A DNA stretch of 41,002 nt, taken from positions 1-41,002 of the forward strand of contig JBELHE010000001.1 in assembly GCA_042091575.1 (NCBI GenBank), written 5' to 3'. Within the stretch, counting starts at the first letter, position 1, and each line of letters opens with the position of its first letter. The notes beneath the pieces were generated by a model. That model ran no database searches. It had not been told where the DNA came from and worked only from the letters and a program-made list of their open reading frames with translations. Both the position numbers and the translations under genes were made by a program. Source of the stretch: Cryomorphaceae bacterium (GTDB lineage Bacteria; Bacteroidota; Bacteroidia; Flavobacteriales; Flavobacteriaceae). Below are positions 1-8,259 of the stretch, in pieces.

Positions 1-39
1 TCCGTTTTTTGAACTACCAACTCCTTTTTTGTGTGCCAT
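1..39 (-). CDS. rpmA: 50S ribosomal protein L27, first 13 codons only (gene runs off the left edge)
   Basis: The reverse complement of 1..39 reads ATG GCA CAC AAA AAA GGA GTT GGT AGT TCA AAA AAC GGA = MAHKKGVGSSKNG, the conserved L27 N-terminus. It starts 6 nt after the rplU stop, in the canonical rplU-rpmA order. Confidence 0.85.
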   Translation of the reverse strand, partial: MAHKKGVGSSKNG

Positions 40-45
40 AACTAA

Positions 46-486
46 TTACTTTTTTACAGTTGTTGATTTTTTTACAGTTGTTGATTTTTTTGCAGCTGGT
101 GCTTTCTTTGCAGATGGCGCTTTCTTTGCAGCTGGTGCTTTATCGGAAGAAACCTCTTTCTTAGGAGTAACTTTTTTCTCACCAATACCTTGAATTATAA
201 TTTCAGTAATTGGCTGTCTATGACCATTCTTAACTTTATACCCTTTTCTTCTTTTCTTTTTAAAGACAATTACTTTATCATCTTTTTTATGAGCAATAAT
301 TTTAGCCTCAACTGATGTGCCAGATAAATTTGGCTTACCAACTTGCACTTTCTTTCCGTCATCTAAGAGTAATACGTTATCAAAAGAAATTTTTGATCCT
401 TCTTTTGCATCAATTCTATTTACAAAAAGTTTTTGGTCTTTTTCAACCTTAAACTGACTGCCTTGTATTTCAACTACTGCGTACAT
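46..486 (-). CDS. rplU: 50S ribosomal protein L21 with a Lys/Ala/Pro-rich C-terminal extension
   Basis: The first ~100 aa (MYAVVEIQGSQFKV...KVIVFKKKRRKGYKVKNGHRQPITEI) match bacterial L21 and resemble the Bacteroidota type as I recall it. The last ~45 aa are KAPAAKKAPSAKKAPAAKKSTTVKKSTTVKK-like repeats. Confidence 0.95.
   Translation of the reverse strand: MYAVVEIQGSQFKVEKDQKLFVNRIDAKEGSKISFDNVLLLDDGKKVQVGKPNLSGTSVEAKIIAHKKDDKVIVFKKKRRKGYKVKNGHRQPITEIIIQGIGEKKVTPKKEVSSDKAPAAKKAPSAKKAPAAKKSTTVKKSTTVKK
56..141 (-). repeat. In-frame tandem 18-nt repeats encoding the hexapeptide repeats of the L21 tail
   Basis: 56..73 and 74..91 are identical (acagttgttgattttttt). 92..109 (gcagctggtgctttcttt) recurs at 110..127 with 2 mismatches and partially at 128..141. 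On the minus strand these encode KKSTTV x2 and AKKAP(A/S) x~3. Confidence 0.9.
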
Positions 487-503
487 TATTAATTTTTGAA
501 TTG

Positions 504-534
504 CAAAATTAAACTATTTATTAAAATATACAAG
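504..534 (-). promoter_or_regulatory. Candidate Bacteroidota-type sigma-A promoter for rplU-rpmA
   Basis: The minus strand reads cTTG (531..534), a 19-nt spacer, then TAATTTTG (504..511), which fits the TAnnTTTG -7 consensus. The -7 box ends 17 nt upstream of the rplU ATG. The motif is AT-rich, so a chance match is possible. Confidence 0.35.
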
Positions 535-559
535 AGATATTTGGGTTTATAAAGATATG

Positions 560-1270
560 TTATCTGGAAAAAATATTGTATTTCAGAATACAGTAAATAG
601 CCCTTACTCCATCTTTCCACCCTATTTTTTTACCCTCTTCATATGTTCTACCATAATATGAAATTCCAACTTCATATATTCTAATTTTATTAACTCTAGA
701 AATCTTGGCTGTTACTTCAGGTTCAAATCCAAAACGATTTTCCTTTAAGTCAATATTTTTTAAAATTTTTGCATCAAACATCTTATAACATGTTTCCATA
801 TCTGTTAAATTAAGGTCAGTAAAGATATTAGAGAGGAAAGTCAAAAAATTATTCCCAATGGTATGCCAAAAAAATAAAACTCTGTGGGGATTACCTCCCA
901 TAAATCTACTTCCATAAACTACATCTGCAAAATTATCTAAAATTGGTTTTAAAAGAATGTTATATTCATTTGGGTCATATTCCAAGTCTGCATCCTGAAC
1001 TACTATAAAATCACCTTTTGCTTTAGATATAGCTTTTCTAATAGCAGCTCCTTTACCTCTGTTTTTATCAAAAGAATAATATTGTATATTTTTTTCTTTA
1101 GTGTTTGAAATAAAGTTAATTATTATAGATTCTGAAGAGTCGGTTGAGCAGTCATTTACAATAACAATTTCTTTTTTTAGATCATTGATTAGATTAATAC
1201 TTTGCACTTTATTAAGGACATCAACTATTGTTCTCTCTTCATTATAAACTGGTATTAGAATTGATAGCAT
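560..1270 (-). CDS. Family 2 glycosyltransferase, polyprenyl-phosphate sugar synthase type (DPM1/GtrB/ArnC-like)
   Basis: 236 aa. 'LSILIPVYNEERTI' and the DxD-containing 'VVQDADLEYDP' are GT-A/GT2 hallmarks. The size and layout match the GtrB/ArnC class. Confidence 0.85.
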   Translation of the reverse strand: MLSILIPVYNEERTIVDVLNKVQSINLINDLKKEIVIVNDCSTDSSESIIINFISNTKEKNIQYYSFDKNRGKGAAIRKAISKAKGDFIVVQDADLEYDPNEYNILLKPILDNFADVVYGSRFMGGNPHRVLFFWHTIGNNFLTFLSNIFTDLNLTDMETCYKMFDAKILKNIDLKENRFGFEPEVTAKISRVNKIRIYEVGISYYGRTYEEGKKIGWKDGVRAIYCILKYNIFSR

Positions 1271-1278
1271 ATTATGAA

Positions 1279-2124
1279 TTATAAAGACATTATGTATTTG
1301 TAAAGTTTATCTGATGGATTAAAATTTAATTTATCCATTGAAAGAGTATTCTTTCTTAATGTTTCCCTATAATTACCTGGTTGATCATCTATATATTTTA
1401 ATTTTGTATTAAATCTTTCTACAAACATTGAGGCAACCTCATTTATAGAATAATTTAATCCTGTTCCTAATTCCCAGGCATCTTCATTATTTTCATTAGA
1501 AGTTATTAAAGATTCTAGTGCTTGTGTTATGTCATCAACGTGGGTAAAGTCACGTTTTTGCTCACCATTGCCAACAATAGTTAATGGATTACATTCTTTT
1601 ATTTGATTTCTCCATATTCCTATTACTGCAGCCCATTTACCCTTAGTAATTTCATAAGGCCCATAAACATTATAAAAACGTGTGATTTGAATATTTAATT
1701 TATAAACTCTTTTATACATTTTACATACTTCTTCACCTAAAAATTTATATGTAGCATAGGGAGATTGATAATGATCATAGTGTCTAGAGGATGAACCTGA
1801 ATAAATGATTTTTGTATTATTTTTTCGACACCATTCTATTACTGAAACGACTCCAGTCGTATTTGATTTAAATGTATCAGAAGGATTGTCAAATGAAGGA
1901 TAAATTCGTGAAAGTCCAGCTAAATGGAAGCATACATCGAAGTCATTCTCAAGTACACTTTCAATATCATTTATATCAGATTCTATGTAGTTAACGCCGT
2001 TTATATGGTTTTCTTTAGAACCAATCGAATAATTGTCTAGTGAATACACATCATATTTATCAACAAGCTTTCTGCATAAGTTTGTTCCAATAAATCCAGC
2101 TCCACCAGTAATTAAAATTTTCAT
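1279..2124 (-). CDS. Short extended-SDR NAD-dependent sugar epimerase/dehydratase (paralog of 5083..5943)
   Basis: 281 aa. It has the 'KILITGGAGFIGTNL' Rossmann motif and the 'SPYATYKFLGE' YxxxK motif. It aligns end to end with 5083..5943, with roughly half the positions identical by eye. Confidence 0.85.
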   Translation of the reverse strand: MKILITGGAGFIGTNLCRKLVDKYDVYSLDNYSIGSKENHINGVNYIESDINDIESVLENDFDVCFHLAGLSRIYPSFDNPSDTFKSNTTGVVSVIEWCRKNNTKIIYSGSSSRHYDHYQSPYATYKFLGEEVCKMYKRVYKLNIQITRFYNVYGPYEITKGKWAAVIGIWRNQIKECNPLTIVGNGEQKRDFTHVDDITQALESLITSNENNEDAWELGTGLNYSINEVASMFVERFNTKLKYIDDQPGNYRETLRKNTLSMDKLNFNPSDKLYKYIMSL

Positions 2125-2258
2125 TTTTTTTAATCCATCTAAAATACTAATAATATTAAGACTGAATTATTTAATTCAATAAATTAATTACTTATTTTGT
2201 CATCTAAATAAAAAAAAATATTAAGAAAACGATAAATCAATTTATAAAGTATTCAACT

Positions 2259-2603
2259 GTGGGTGTTATTTCAATATCTATTGATTTTATTGTTTATAAT
2301 ATATCTCAATTTATTTTTGGAATCTCCATGTCAACTTCAAAAATCCTTTCATTTATATGCGGAGCAATTAATAGCTTTATAATGAACAAAAAGATTACGT
2401 TTAAATCTAAAAATAATGGGTTTAGTGAACCATTAAAGTTTATAATTCTTTATATTATATCATTATATTTTAACTCAACTACTCATGATTATTTTTTAAG
2501 ATACGATGTAAATTACTTACCATTTATTTCAGCAACAATTGTCTCTATAATTATTAATTTTTCAGGACAAAAGTTTTGGGTATTTAAAAAAGGGAGCTTT
2601 TAA
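2259..2603 (+). CDS. gtrA: GtrA-family small membrane protein (putative polyprenyl-P-sugar translocase); true start may lie upstream of the GTG
   Basis: Four hydrophobic helices, 'NSFIMNKKITFKS' (N-x-x-x-TF motif) and a C-terminal 'QKFWVFKK' are typical of the Pfam GtrA family. The frame is open from 2208, and upstream codons encode 'NQFIKYSTVG', which looks like the conserved GtrA N-terminal motif. Confidence 0.7.
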   Translation: MGVISISIDFIVYNISQFIFGISMSTSKILSFICGAINSFIMNKKITFKSKNNGFSEPLKFIILYIISLYFNSTTHDYFLRYDVNYLPFISATIVSIIINFSGQKFWVFKKGSF

Positions 2604-4084
2604 TTATCAAATATGCTTTTTCTATACGTGAGGAATGCAATCATGTATGGAATAGTGACAATAAACCATATAAAAAATGTGAGTTGATATGCAGTGACAT
2701 ATGAGTGTCCTTTGGCAAGTAAAAACCAACTTACAGGAGGTAATATTATAAAAAAGTTGAATAACTGATATCTTTTTTCACTCTTTAAAGTTTTTATAAC
2801 ATATATCATGAAAAGGAGAATAAAAAGTATAGGTGACAAAATAAAATTAATAATAACAGAAGTAACCTGAAAAATATTAAATTCTCTGAAATTATTAAGA
2901 TAATATTTTAATGTATAATCCCCTTTTTTTAGAAAGGATAATTTAGGATCATAATAAATCTCTTTTAAGTCAGACTCTTGCTTCTCTGTTAGTTTTATTT
3001 CAAAAGATCCAAAAAATGGTAAAACATGTCTTGCAATAAAATATTTTCCTAATACTTCAATTCTACTAACAGATAGAGATTCAACAAGGGATTCAATACA
3101 TTCCTTGTTATTTGGATTATTTAGGTCAAATGAACCATCCTCATTAGAAAATAGTTGATAACATGTCTCATATGCTGTTGATTGCGGGTCAGAAGATGAA
3201 AGTCTCTTTGCACCAACATAATATATCCATTCAAGTGGATTTTTTTCGCTTTTTAAGCTATTAGCATGAATTAAAATTGCTGTAAAAAAACTAAAAAAAG
3301 AAACAATTAAAATTAATGCTAGATTCTTCAAAAGTTTTATCAAAGACAATCTATATTTCAATGCATAGAAAACTATAGGTATCATGGACATAAGAACAAT
3401 AGTTGAAAGGTAATCATAGCCAATTAAAGATTTTATTAAAAAAATAAAATATAGAACAATTAACATTTTAATAAGCTGACTCCTTTTAGTGTTGATTCTT
3501 TTGACAAATAGTAAAGTCACTAGAAATGGAATGAAATATATAAATAAAAGAAAGTAACTATTTCTTGCAATTGGTGTAATCCAGGGATTAAAAACCACTG
3601 ATAAAATAAAAATTAGAGAAAACTGAAATGAAATTACTCTTGTCAGTATAAAAAAGATCAAGCCTAAAATTAAGCTAAGAACTAAAGAAGCAATGGTTTG
3701 AACTAATCTTAAGTTCCCATTAAAAAAATCGAAAATAAATAATTGCAGTCCAAAATGTGACTTATACTCCCAGAAATTTCCCTCAATAAAATTATTAAAA
3801 TACCACTGTCTTGGCTTATATTTTTCCCCTTCATTGAACATATCAATTGAGGGTCTTGTGAAATGTCCTAGTTTAAGGTCTGTTTCATTTAATTTATAAT
3901 TTAAATATCCATCAAGTACAAACTGTTCAGATTCAACTTGAAAGTAATTAAATCTTTCATCAGAGACTACACTAAATGAATTATAATTGAAATTTAAAAA
4001 AGAAAAAATTATAATTAATAAAGCAGTATAAAGATCCTTATTCTTAATTAGGCTTATAACCATTCTTGATTTCTTATATACCAA
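2600..4084 (-). CDS. Polytopic membrane protein, candidate GT-C-type (polyprenyl-P-sugar dependent) glycosyltransferase
   Basis: 494 aa with more than 10 hydrophobic helices. There are two hydrophilic segments at about residues 38-112 and 274-405. It sits next to GtrA and a GtrB-like GT2. I recognise no family motif, so the function is inferred from context. Confidence 0.45.
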   Translation of the reverse strand: MVYKKSRMVISLIKNKDLYTALLIIIFSFLNFNYNSFSVVSDERFNYFQVESEQFVLDGYLNYKLNETDLKLGHFTRPSIDMFNEGEKYKPRQWYFNNFIEGNFWEYKSHFGLQLFIFDFFNGNLRLVQTIASLVLSLILGLIFFILTRVISFQFSLIFILSVVFNPWITPIARNSYFLLFIYFIPFLVTLLFVKRINTKRSQLIKMLIVLYFIFLIKSLIGYDYLSTIVLMSMIPIVFYALKYRLSLIKLLKNLALILIVSFFSFFTAILIHANSLKSEKNPLEWIYYVGAKRLSSSDPQSTAYETCYQLFSNEDGSFDLNNPNNKECIESLVESLSVSRIEVLGKYFIARHVLPFFGSFEIKLTEKQESDLKEIYYDPKLSFLKKGDYTLKYYLNNFREFNIFQVTSVIINFILSPILFILLFMIYVIKTLKSEKRYQLFNFFIILPPVSWFLLAKGHSYVTAYQLTFFIWFIVTIPYMIAFLTYRKSIFDN

Positions 4085-5082
4085 CCAACAACTTGATTAA
4101 TTCTTTCTGATAATTTAATTGATGGAGTCCAACCAAGATTTTTCATTTTTTCTCCTGATAAAGAATATCTTAAATCATGACCTGGCCTTGAAGAGTGGAA
4201 GTCAACCATTTTAAAATTTAAGTCTTTATTTTGACTTTTAGCAATTAGCTTTGCTAGCTCAAGATTATCAATTTCTTCAGAGCCTACAATATTAAATTTT
4301 GGACATTTAGCCCCTCCCCAGTCAGGCAAATGATCTATTTTATTGGTTATTAAAAATAATATTGCTTCTGAAACATCTTCAGCATGAATATAATGTCTAG
4401 ACCCAGGGATTTTTTTTGTGCTATCAGAATGAATGGTTATTTCTTCATTATCTCTTATCTTTCTCACACACATTGGTATAAATTTTTCAGGGTGTTGTCT
4501 TTCCCCAAAAACATTCATAGTGTGAGTAATATATACAGGTAAGTTATAAGTGTTTTCAAATGCTACTGCTAGTTCTTCACCACCAGCTTTAGTTGCACTA
4601 TAAGGGTTTGTAGAATTATATCTATCATTTTCTTTATAGTCAATTCCTTTAGCAGCAGGACCAAAAACTTCATCTGTGCTAAAATATATAAACCTTTCTA
4701 ATATTTTTTTTTCATTTATTTTTCTTGCGAATTCTAAAATATTTCCAGTGCCAACAACGTTATCATAAATAAAGTCCATTGGATTTAGGATACTTCGATC
4801 AACGTGAGATCCAGCTGCAAGGTGAAAAATATAATTAACATCTCCTATGTCTTTAGCGATCCATGGATTTATCTCAGATTTCAAGTCATGGAAAACTATC
4901 TTTAATCTTGATTTATCTTCCTTATTTAAGGACAATAGAATGTTATTTAATCTGTTAAGGTTACCACTATAGTCTAATCTATCAAGGCTTATTATCTCAT
5001 ATTCTGTTTTTTTTAATAAATAAAAGATTAAATGATGAGCTATAAAACCTGCTCCTCCAGTAATTAAAACTCTTTTTCTCAT
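4054..5082 (-). CDS. rfbB: dTDP/UDP-glucose 4,6-dehydratase (RmlB family)
   Basis: 342 aa. It carries 'VLITGGAGFIAHHL', 'FSTDEVFG', 'NPYSATKAGGEELAVAF' (YxxxK), 'SRPGHDLRYSL' and a C-terminal 'WY..NQEW'. All are RmlB hallmarks; the YSATKAG form resembles the eukaryote/archaeal-like subgroup. Confidence 0.85.
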   Translation of the reverse strand: MRKRVLITGGAGFIAHHLIFYLLKKTEYEIISLDRLDYSGNLNRLNNILLSLNKEDKSRLKIVFHDLKSEINPWIAKDIGDVNYIFHLAAGSHVDRSILNPMDFIYDNVVGTGNILEFARKINEKKILERFIYFSTDEVFGPAAKGIDYKENDRYNSTNPYSATKAGGEELAVAFENTYNLPVYITHTMNVFGERQHPEKFIPMCVRKIRDNEEITIHSDSTKKIPGSRHYIHAEDVSEAILFLITNKIDHLPDWGGAKCPKFNIVGSEEIDNLELAKLIAKSQNKDLNFKMVDFHSSRPGHDLRYSLSGEKMKNLGWTPSIKLSERINQVVGWYIRNQEWL

Positions 5083-5943
5083 CTATGACAAATTTTTAAT
5101 ATGTTTTTCCAGCCTATCTTTAGGGCTCCAACCTAAAAGATTGATTAAATCATCATTTTTTCTTAATGTTTTTTTGTAATTCCCTGGTTGATCTGGTAAA
5201 TTAATTGAGCTTACATTAAATCTCTGATTAAACATTTCAAATAATTCATTTACACTGTAGTTATTCCCAGTTCCTAGTTCCCAACCATCATCCTGGGAAA
5301 TATCAGAGAATCCAATTTTTACTAATCCATCAACGATATCATTTACATGAGTAAAATCTCTTCTTTGCATTCCATCACCAACAATGGGAAGAGAGTCTCC
5401 TTTAAGTGCTTTTGTTGTCCATATCCCAATTACATTTCCAAATTTCTCATCCCTATTCTCTCTAGGTCCATATACATTATAGAATCTAGCAATTTCCGTT
5501 TTTAAATCATAGCTAGTCTTATAAAGTTTACAAACTTGTTCTCCAAGATATTTATACATAGCATATGGAGAGTCTTCAGGGTTAAAGTGTTTTGATGAGG
5601 AGCCCGCATAAACCACTTTAACATTTCTTTTTTTTGCCCACTCCATTACCTTCATTGTTCCCTTTACATTTACTCTAAAATAATCAACTGGATCTTCAAA
5701 TGATGGTTGAACTCTTGCCTTAGCAGCTAAATGGTAACATATGTCAATTTCATCCTCTATTAATGAAATTTTTTCAATATCATCATTTATATATTTTACA
5801 TTATCAATTTCGTTGTCTTTTTTACCAAAAGAATAGTCATCTATGCATATTACATTATGCCCGTCATTTATAAGTCTCTCAGCTAAATTTGAACCTATAA
5901 AACCAACACCACCAGTTATTAATATATTTTTAGTATCACTCAT
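5083..5943 (-). CDS. Short extended-SDR NAD-dependent sugar epimerase/dehydratase (paralog of 1279..2124)
   Basis: 286 aa with 'ILITGGVGFIGSNL' and 'SPYAMYKYLGE' (YxxxK). It shares blocks with 1279..2124 such as RFYNVYGP, RRDFTHV, WELGTG and DQPGNY..TLRKN. Confidence 0.85.
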   Translation of the reverse strand: MSDTKNILITGGVGFIGSNLAERLINDGHNVICIDDYSFGKKDNEIDNVKYINDDIEKISLIEDEIDICYHLAAKARVQPSFEDPVDYFRVNVKGTMKVMEWAKKRNVKVVYAGSSSKHFNPEDSPYAMYKYLGEQVCKLYKTSYDLKTEIARFYNVYGPRENRDEKFGNVIGIWTTKALKGDSLPIVGDGMQRRDFTHVNDIVDGLVKIGFSDISQDDGWELGTGNNYSVNELFEMFNQRFNVSSINLPDQPGNYKKTLRKNDDLINLLGWSPKDRLEKHIKNLS

Positions 5944-7129
5944 AAATTATTTCTAAAATTTGTTTTTTTCTAATATCAGAATTATATTTTTTTTGATAAA
6001 AATTTCTAGCATTTTTACCAATTTCATTAAGCTCAAGCTCTGATTGATTTGCAAAATTATTTATTTTTTTTGCTAATTCTAAAAAATCATAATTTTCCTC
6101 AACAAGTCCTGATTTTGATTCCTTAATTATATTAGCCCCCTCACCATTTATAACACCAATTATTGGTTTACCTAAGGCCATATAAGTTTGAAGTTTAGCA
6201 GGTACTGTCATTGAAAAGATCTCTTCGTTTTTTAAAGATAAAAATAATGCGCTTGCCTTGTCAACTATTATAGGTATTTTATCGATTTCAACTTGATCTA
6301 CAAAGGTTGTCCTATTGGTTAATGAATGTTTTTGTAATAAATATTTAAATTTTTCTTTAAACCTTCCATCTCCAACAAAAGTCCAATGTATATTCTTATC
6401 TACAAGCTTAATAGTCTTAATTAAATTATCAAATCCTTGAGCTTTTCCTATATTGCCAGTATAAACTATATTAAATTTATTTGGATTTAATTGTAAACTA
6501 AAGTTTACATCTTTCTTGTTTTTCTCAATTTGGACATCTGCCCAATTTGGATAATAAATTATCTTTCCATCATAACGTTTTGAAATTAAACTTTTAATAG
6601 TTTTTGAACCAACAAGAATTAATTGGTATTTAGAATATATCCAACGCACAATAAGTTTCACAAATAAAATCATAATATTTGATCTAATTGCATCTACTGC
6701 TTTTAGTGACTCAGGCCATATATCAAGGTCCCAAAGTATTTTTTTAGAATTATGGAAAATTGAATAAATCAATGGGTGTATTGCTAAAAAGAACGGGCTA
6801 GTGTGGTGAACGAATATTAAATCATACTTTTTTTTAAATATTGCTAAGTATAATGAAAAGAAGAAGCAAGAAATAAAATATGTAGTGTAATTAATTATAA
6901 GACGAAAATTAGAACCATTTCCTCTAGGAATTAAGAACAACCTATTAATGATTACATTATCTTTAAATATATTCAAATAACCTTTAATTATTTTTCCAGA
7001 TGGATAATTAGGGATTCCTGTAATAACCCTTATATGACTATTTTCAGAAGAAATCCATTGAACTATCTCATTAATTTTAAAGTGCTCAGGGTAAAAGTGA
7101 TTAGTATAAATTAAGATTCTTTTTGCCAA
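5936..7129 (-). CDS. wbuB: GT4 glycosyltransferase, WbuB-like (L-FucNAc transferase type)
   Basis: 397 aa. The N-terminus 'KRILIYTNHFYPEHFKINEI' is typical of WbuB-type GT4 enzymes. It sits immediately downstream of fnlA-fnlB-fnlC, as in known L-FucNAc loci. Confidence 0.7.
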   Translation of the reverse strand: MAKRILIYTNHFYPEHFKINEIVQWISSENSHIRVITGIPNYPSGKIIKGYLNIFKDNVIINRLFLIPRGNGSNFRLIINYTTYFISCFFFSLYLAIFKKKYDLIFVHHTSPFFLAIHPLIYSIFHNSKKILWDLDIWPESLKAVDAIRSNIMILFVKLIVRWIYSKYQLILVGSKTIKSLISKRYDGKIIYYPNWADVQIEKNKKDVNFSLQLNPNKFNIVYTGNIGKAQGFDNLIKTIKLVDKNIHWTFVGDGRFKEKFKYLLQKHSLTNRTTFVDQVEIDKIPIIVDKASALFLSLKNEEIFSMTVPAKLQTYMALGKPIIGVINGEGANIIKESKSGLVEENYDFLELAKKINNFANQSELELNEIGKNARNFYQKKYNSDIRKKQILEIIYE

Positions 7130-8250
7130 ACGACTCTATTTACATAATTAATATAAGAGATTATTATTCTCTCTATTTTGATAGATATATTTGGAACTTT
7201 ATAATCTGGGACTTCTAAAATATTTCTTTCATTTGTTATTTCTTGACTTTTAAGAGATTCTAAAGCTTGCAGGATTCTCTCAATATCAAGTCCTGTCATA
7301 ATTACAGAAGACTCCTCCATAGCCTCATGTCTTTCATGAGTCTCTCTAATATTCAGAGCACGAAAATTTAAAATAGATGATTCTTCTGATATGGTTCCAC
7401 TATCAGATAAAACAACAAATGAATTCATCTGAAGTTTATTATAGTCAATAAAGCCCAGTGGGTCTATTAATTTAATTAAAGTATTAAGCCTTAAATTGTT
7501 ATTTGATAATTTTTTTTTAGTCCTTGGATGAATTGGAAAAATTAGAGGCATATTATAAAGCTCACAAATTTTGTTCAACGATTGTATTAGCTTTTTAAAA
7601 TTATCCTTTTCATCTACATTTTCCTCTCTATGACACGAAATGACAATATACTTACCATGTTTTAAATTTAAGTCATTTAGAATTTTTGATTGCTTTATTT
7701 TCTGTGAACTAGATTTAAGAACTTCATACATTGGTGATCCAACTTTTATAATCCTGTCTGCTGGAATCCCTTCGTTTAATAGGTTTCTTGAAGCATTATC
7801 ACTATAAGTTAAATTAATATCAGAAAGATGATCCACTAATCTCCTATTTGATTCTTCTGGAACTCTGAAATCAAAACATCTATTACCTGCTTCATAGTGA
7901 AAAATCGGTATTTTTTTCTTTTTTGCAACAATCGCAGACAAGCAACTATTAGTATCACCTAAAATCAAAAATGCATCTGGAGAGATTTTTGATAAAATTG
8001 GATCAATTCTGATTAATATTTCTCCGATTGTTAAACTTGGATTTTCTTTCGCCGAGTCAAGGTAAAAGTCAGGTTTATTAATTGATAAGTCATCAAAAAA
8101 AATATCATTTAAATTTTTATCATAGTTTTGGCCAGTGTGAATAAGAGTATGTTCAATAAAGGCAGAGTCATTAAGTCTATTAATTATTGAGGATAATCTA
8201 ATTATTTCAGGTCTTGTCCCAACAACTGTTACAACTTTGAGCTTTTTCAT
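7111..8250 (-). CDS. fnlC: UDP-N-acetylglucosamine 2-epimerase family, FnlC/Cap5G/WbjD type
   Basis: 379 aa. 'VVGTRPEIIRLS', 'HTGQNYD', 'ILGDTNS', 'FHYEAGNRCFDFRVPEESNRR' and 'GSPMYEVL' match the FnlC-type epimerase. It lies in fnlA-fnlB-fnlC order. Confidence 0.85.
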   Translation of the reverse strand: MKKLKVVTVVGTRPEIIRLSSIINRLNDSAFIEHTLIHTGQNYDKNLNDIFFDDLSINKPDFYLDSAKENPSLTIGEILIRIDPILSKISPDAFLILGDTNSCLSAIVAKKKKIPIFHYEAGNRCFDFRVPEESNRRLVDHLSDINLTYSDNASRNLLNEGIPADRIIKVGSPMYEVLKSSSQKIKQSKILNDLNLKHGKYIVISCHREENVDEKDNFKKLIQSLNKICELYNMPLIFPIHPRTKKKLSNNNLRLNTLIKLIDPLGFIDYNKLQMNSFVVLSDSGTISEESSILNFRALNIRETHERHEAMEESSVIMTGLDIERILQALESLKSQEITNERNILEVPDYKVPNISIKIERIIISYINYVNRVVWQKES

Positions 8251-8259
8251 ACTGTAAAA

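Noticed and set aside
2600-4084. Assigning the 494-aa polytopic protein as the missing Wzx flippase or Wzy polymerase.
   Set aside because: It has two long hydrophilic segments (about residues 38-112 and 274-405), which is atypical for Wzx. It lacks the H-x-H-N...GIIG loop signature seen in the Wzy_C-family protein at 38064..39323. Adjacency to GtrA and a GtrB-like GT2 favours a GT-C-type role. The call remains low-confidence.
7111-8250. Interpreting the 2-epimerase homolog as a hydrolysing NeuC-type enzyme that supplies ManNAc to the NeuB homologs.
   Set aside because: Its motifs (HTGQNYD, EAGNRCFDFRVPEESNRR) and its position between the fnlB-type and wbuB-type genes fit FnlC/Cap5G. It also lies 10-20 kb from the NeuB genes. 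A dual role cannot be excluded without assays.
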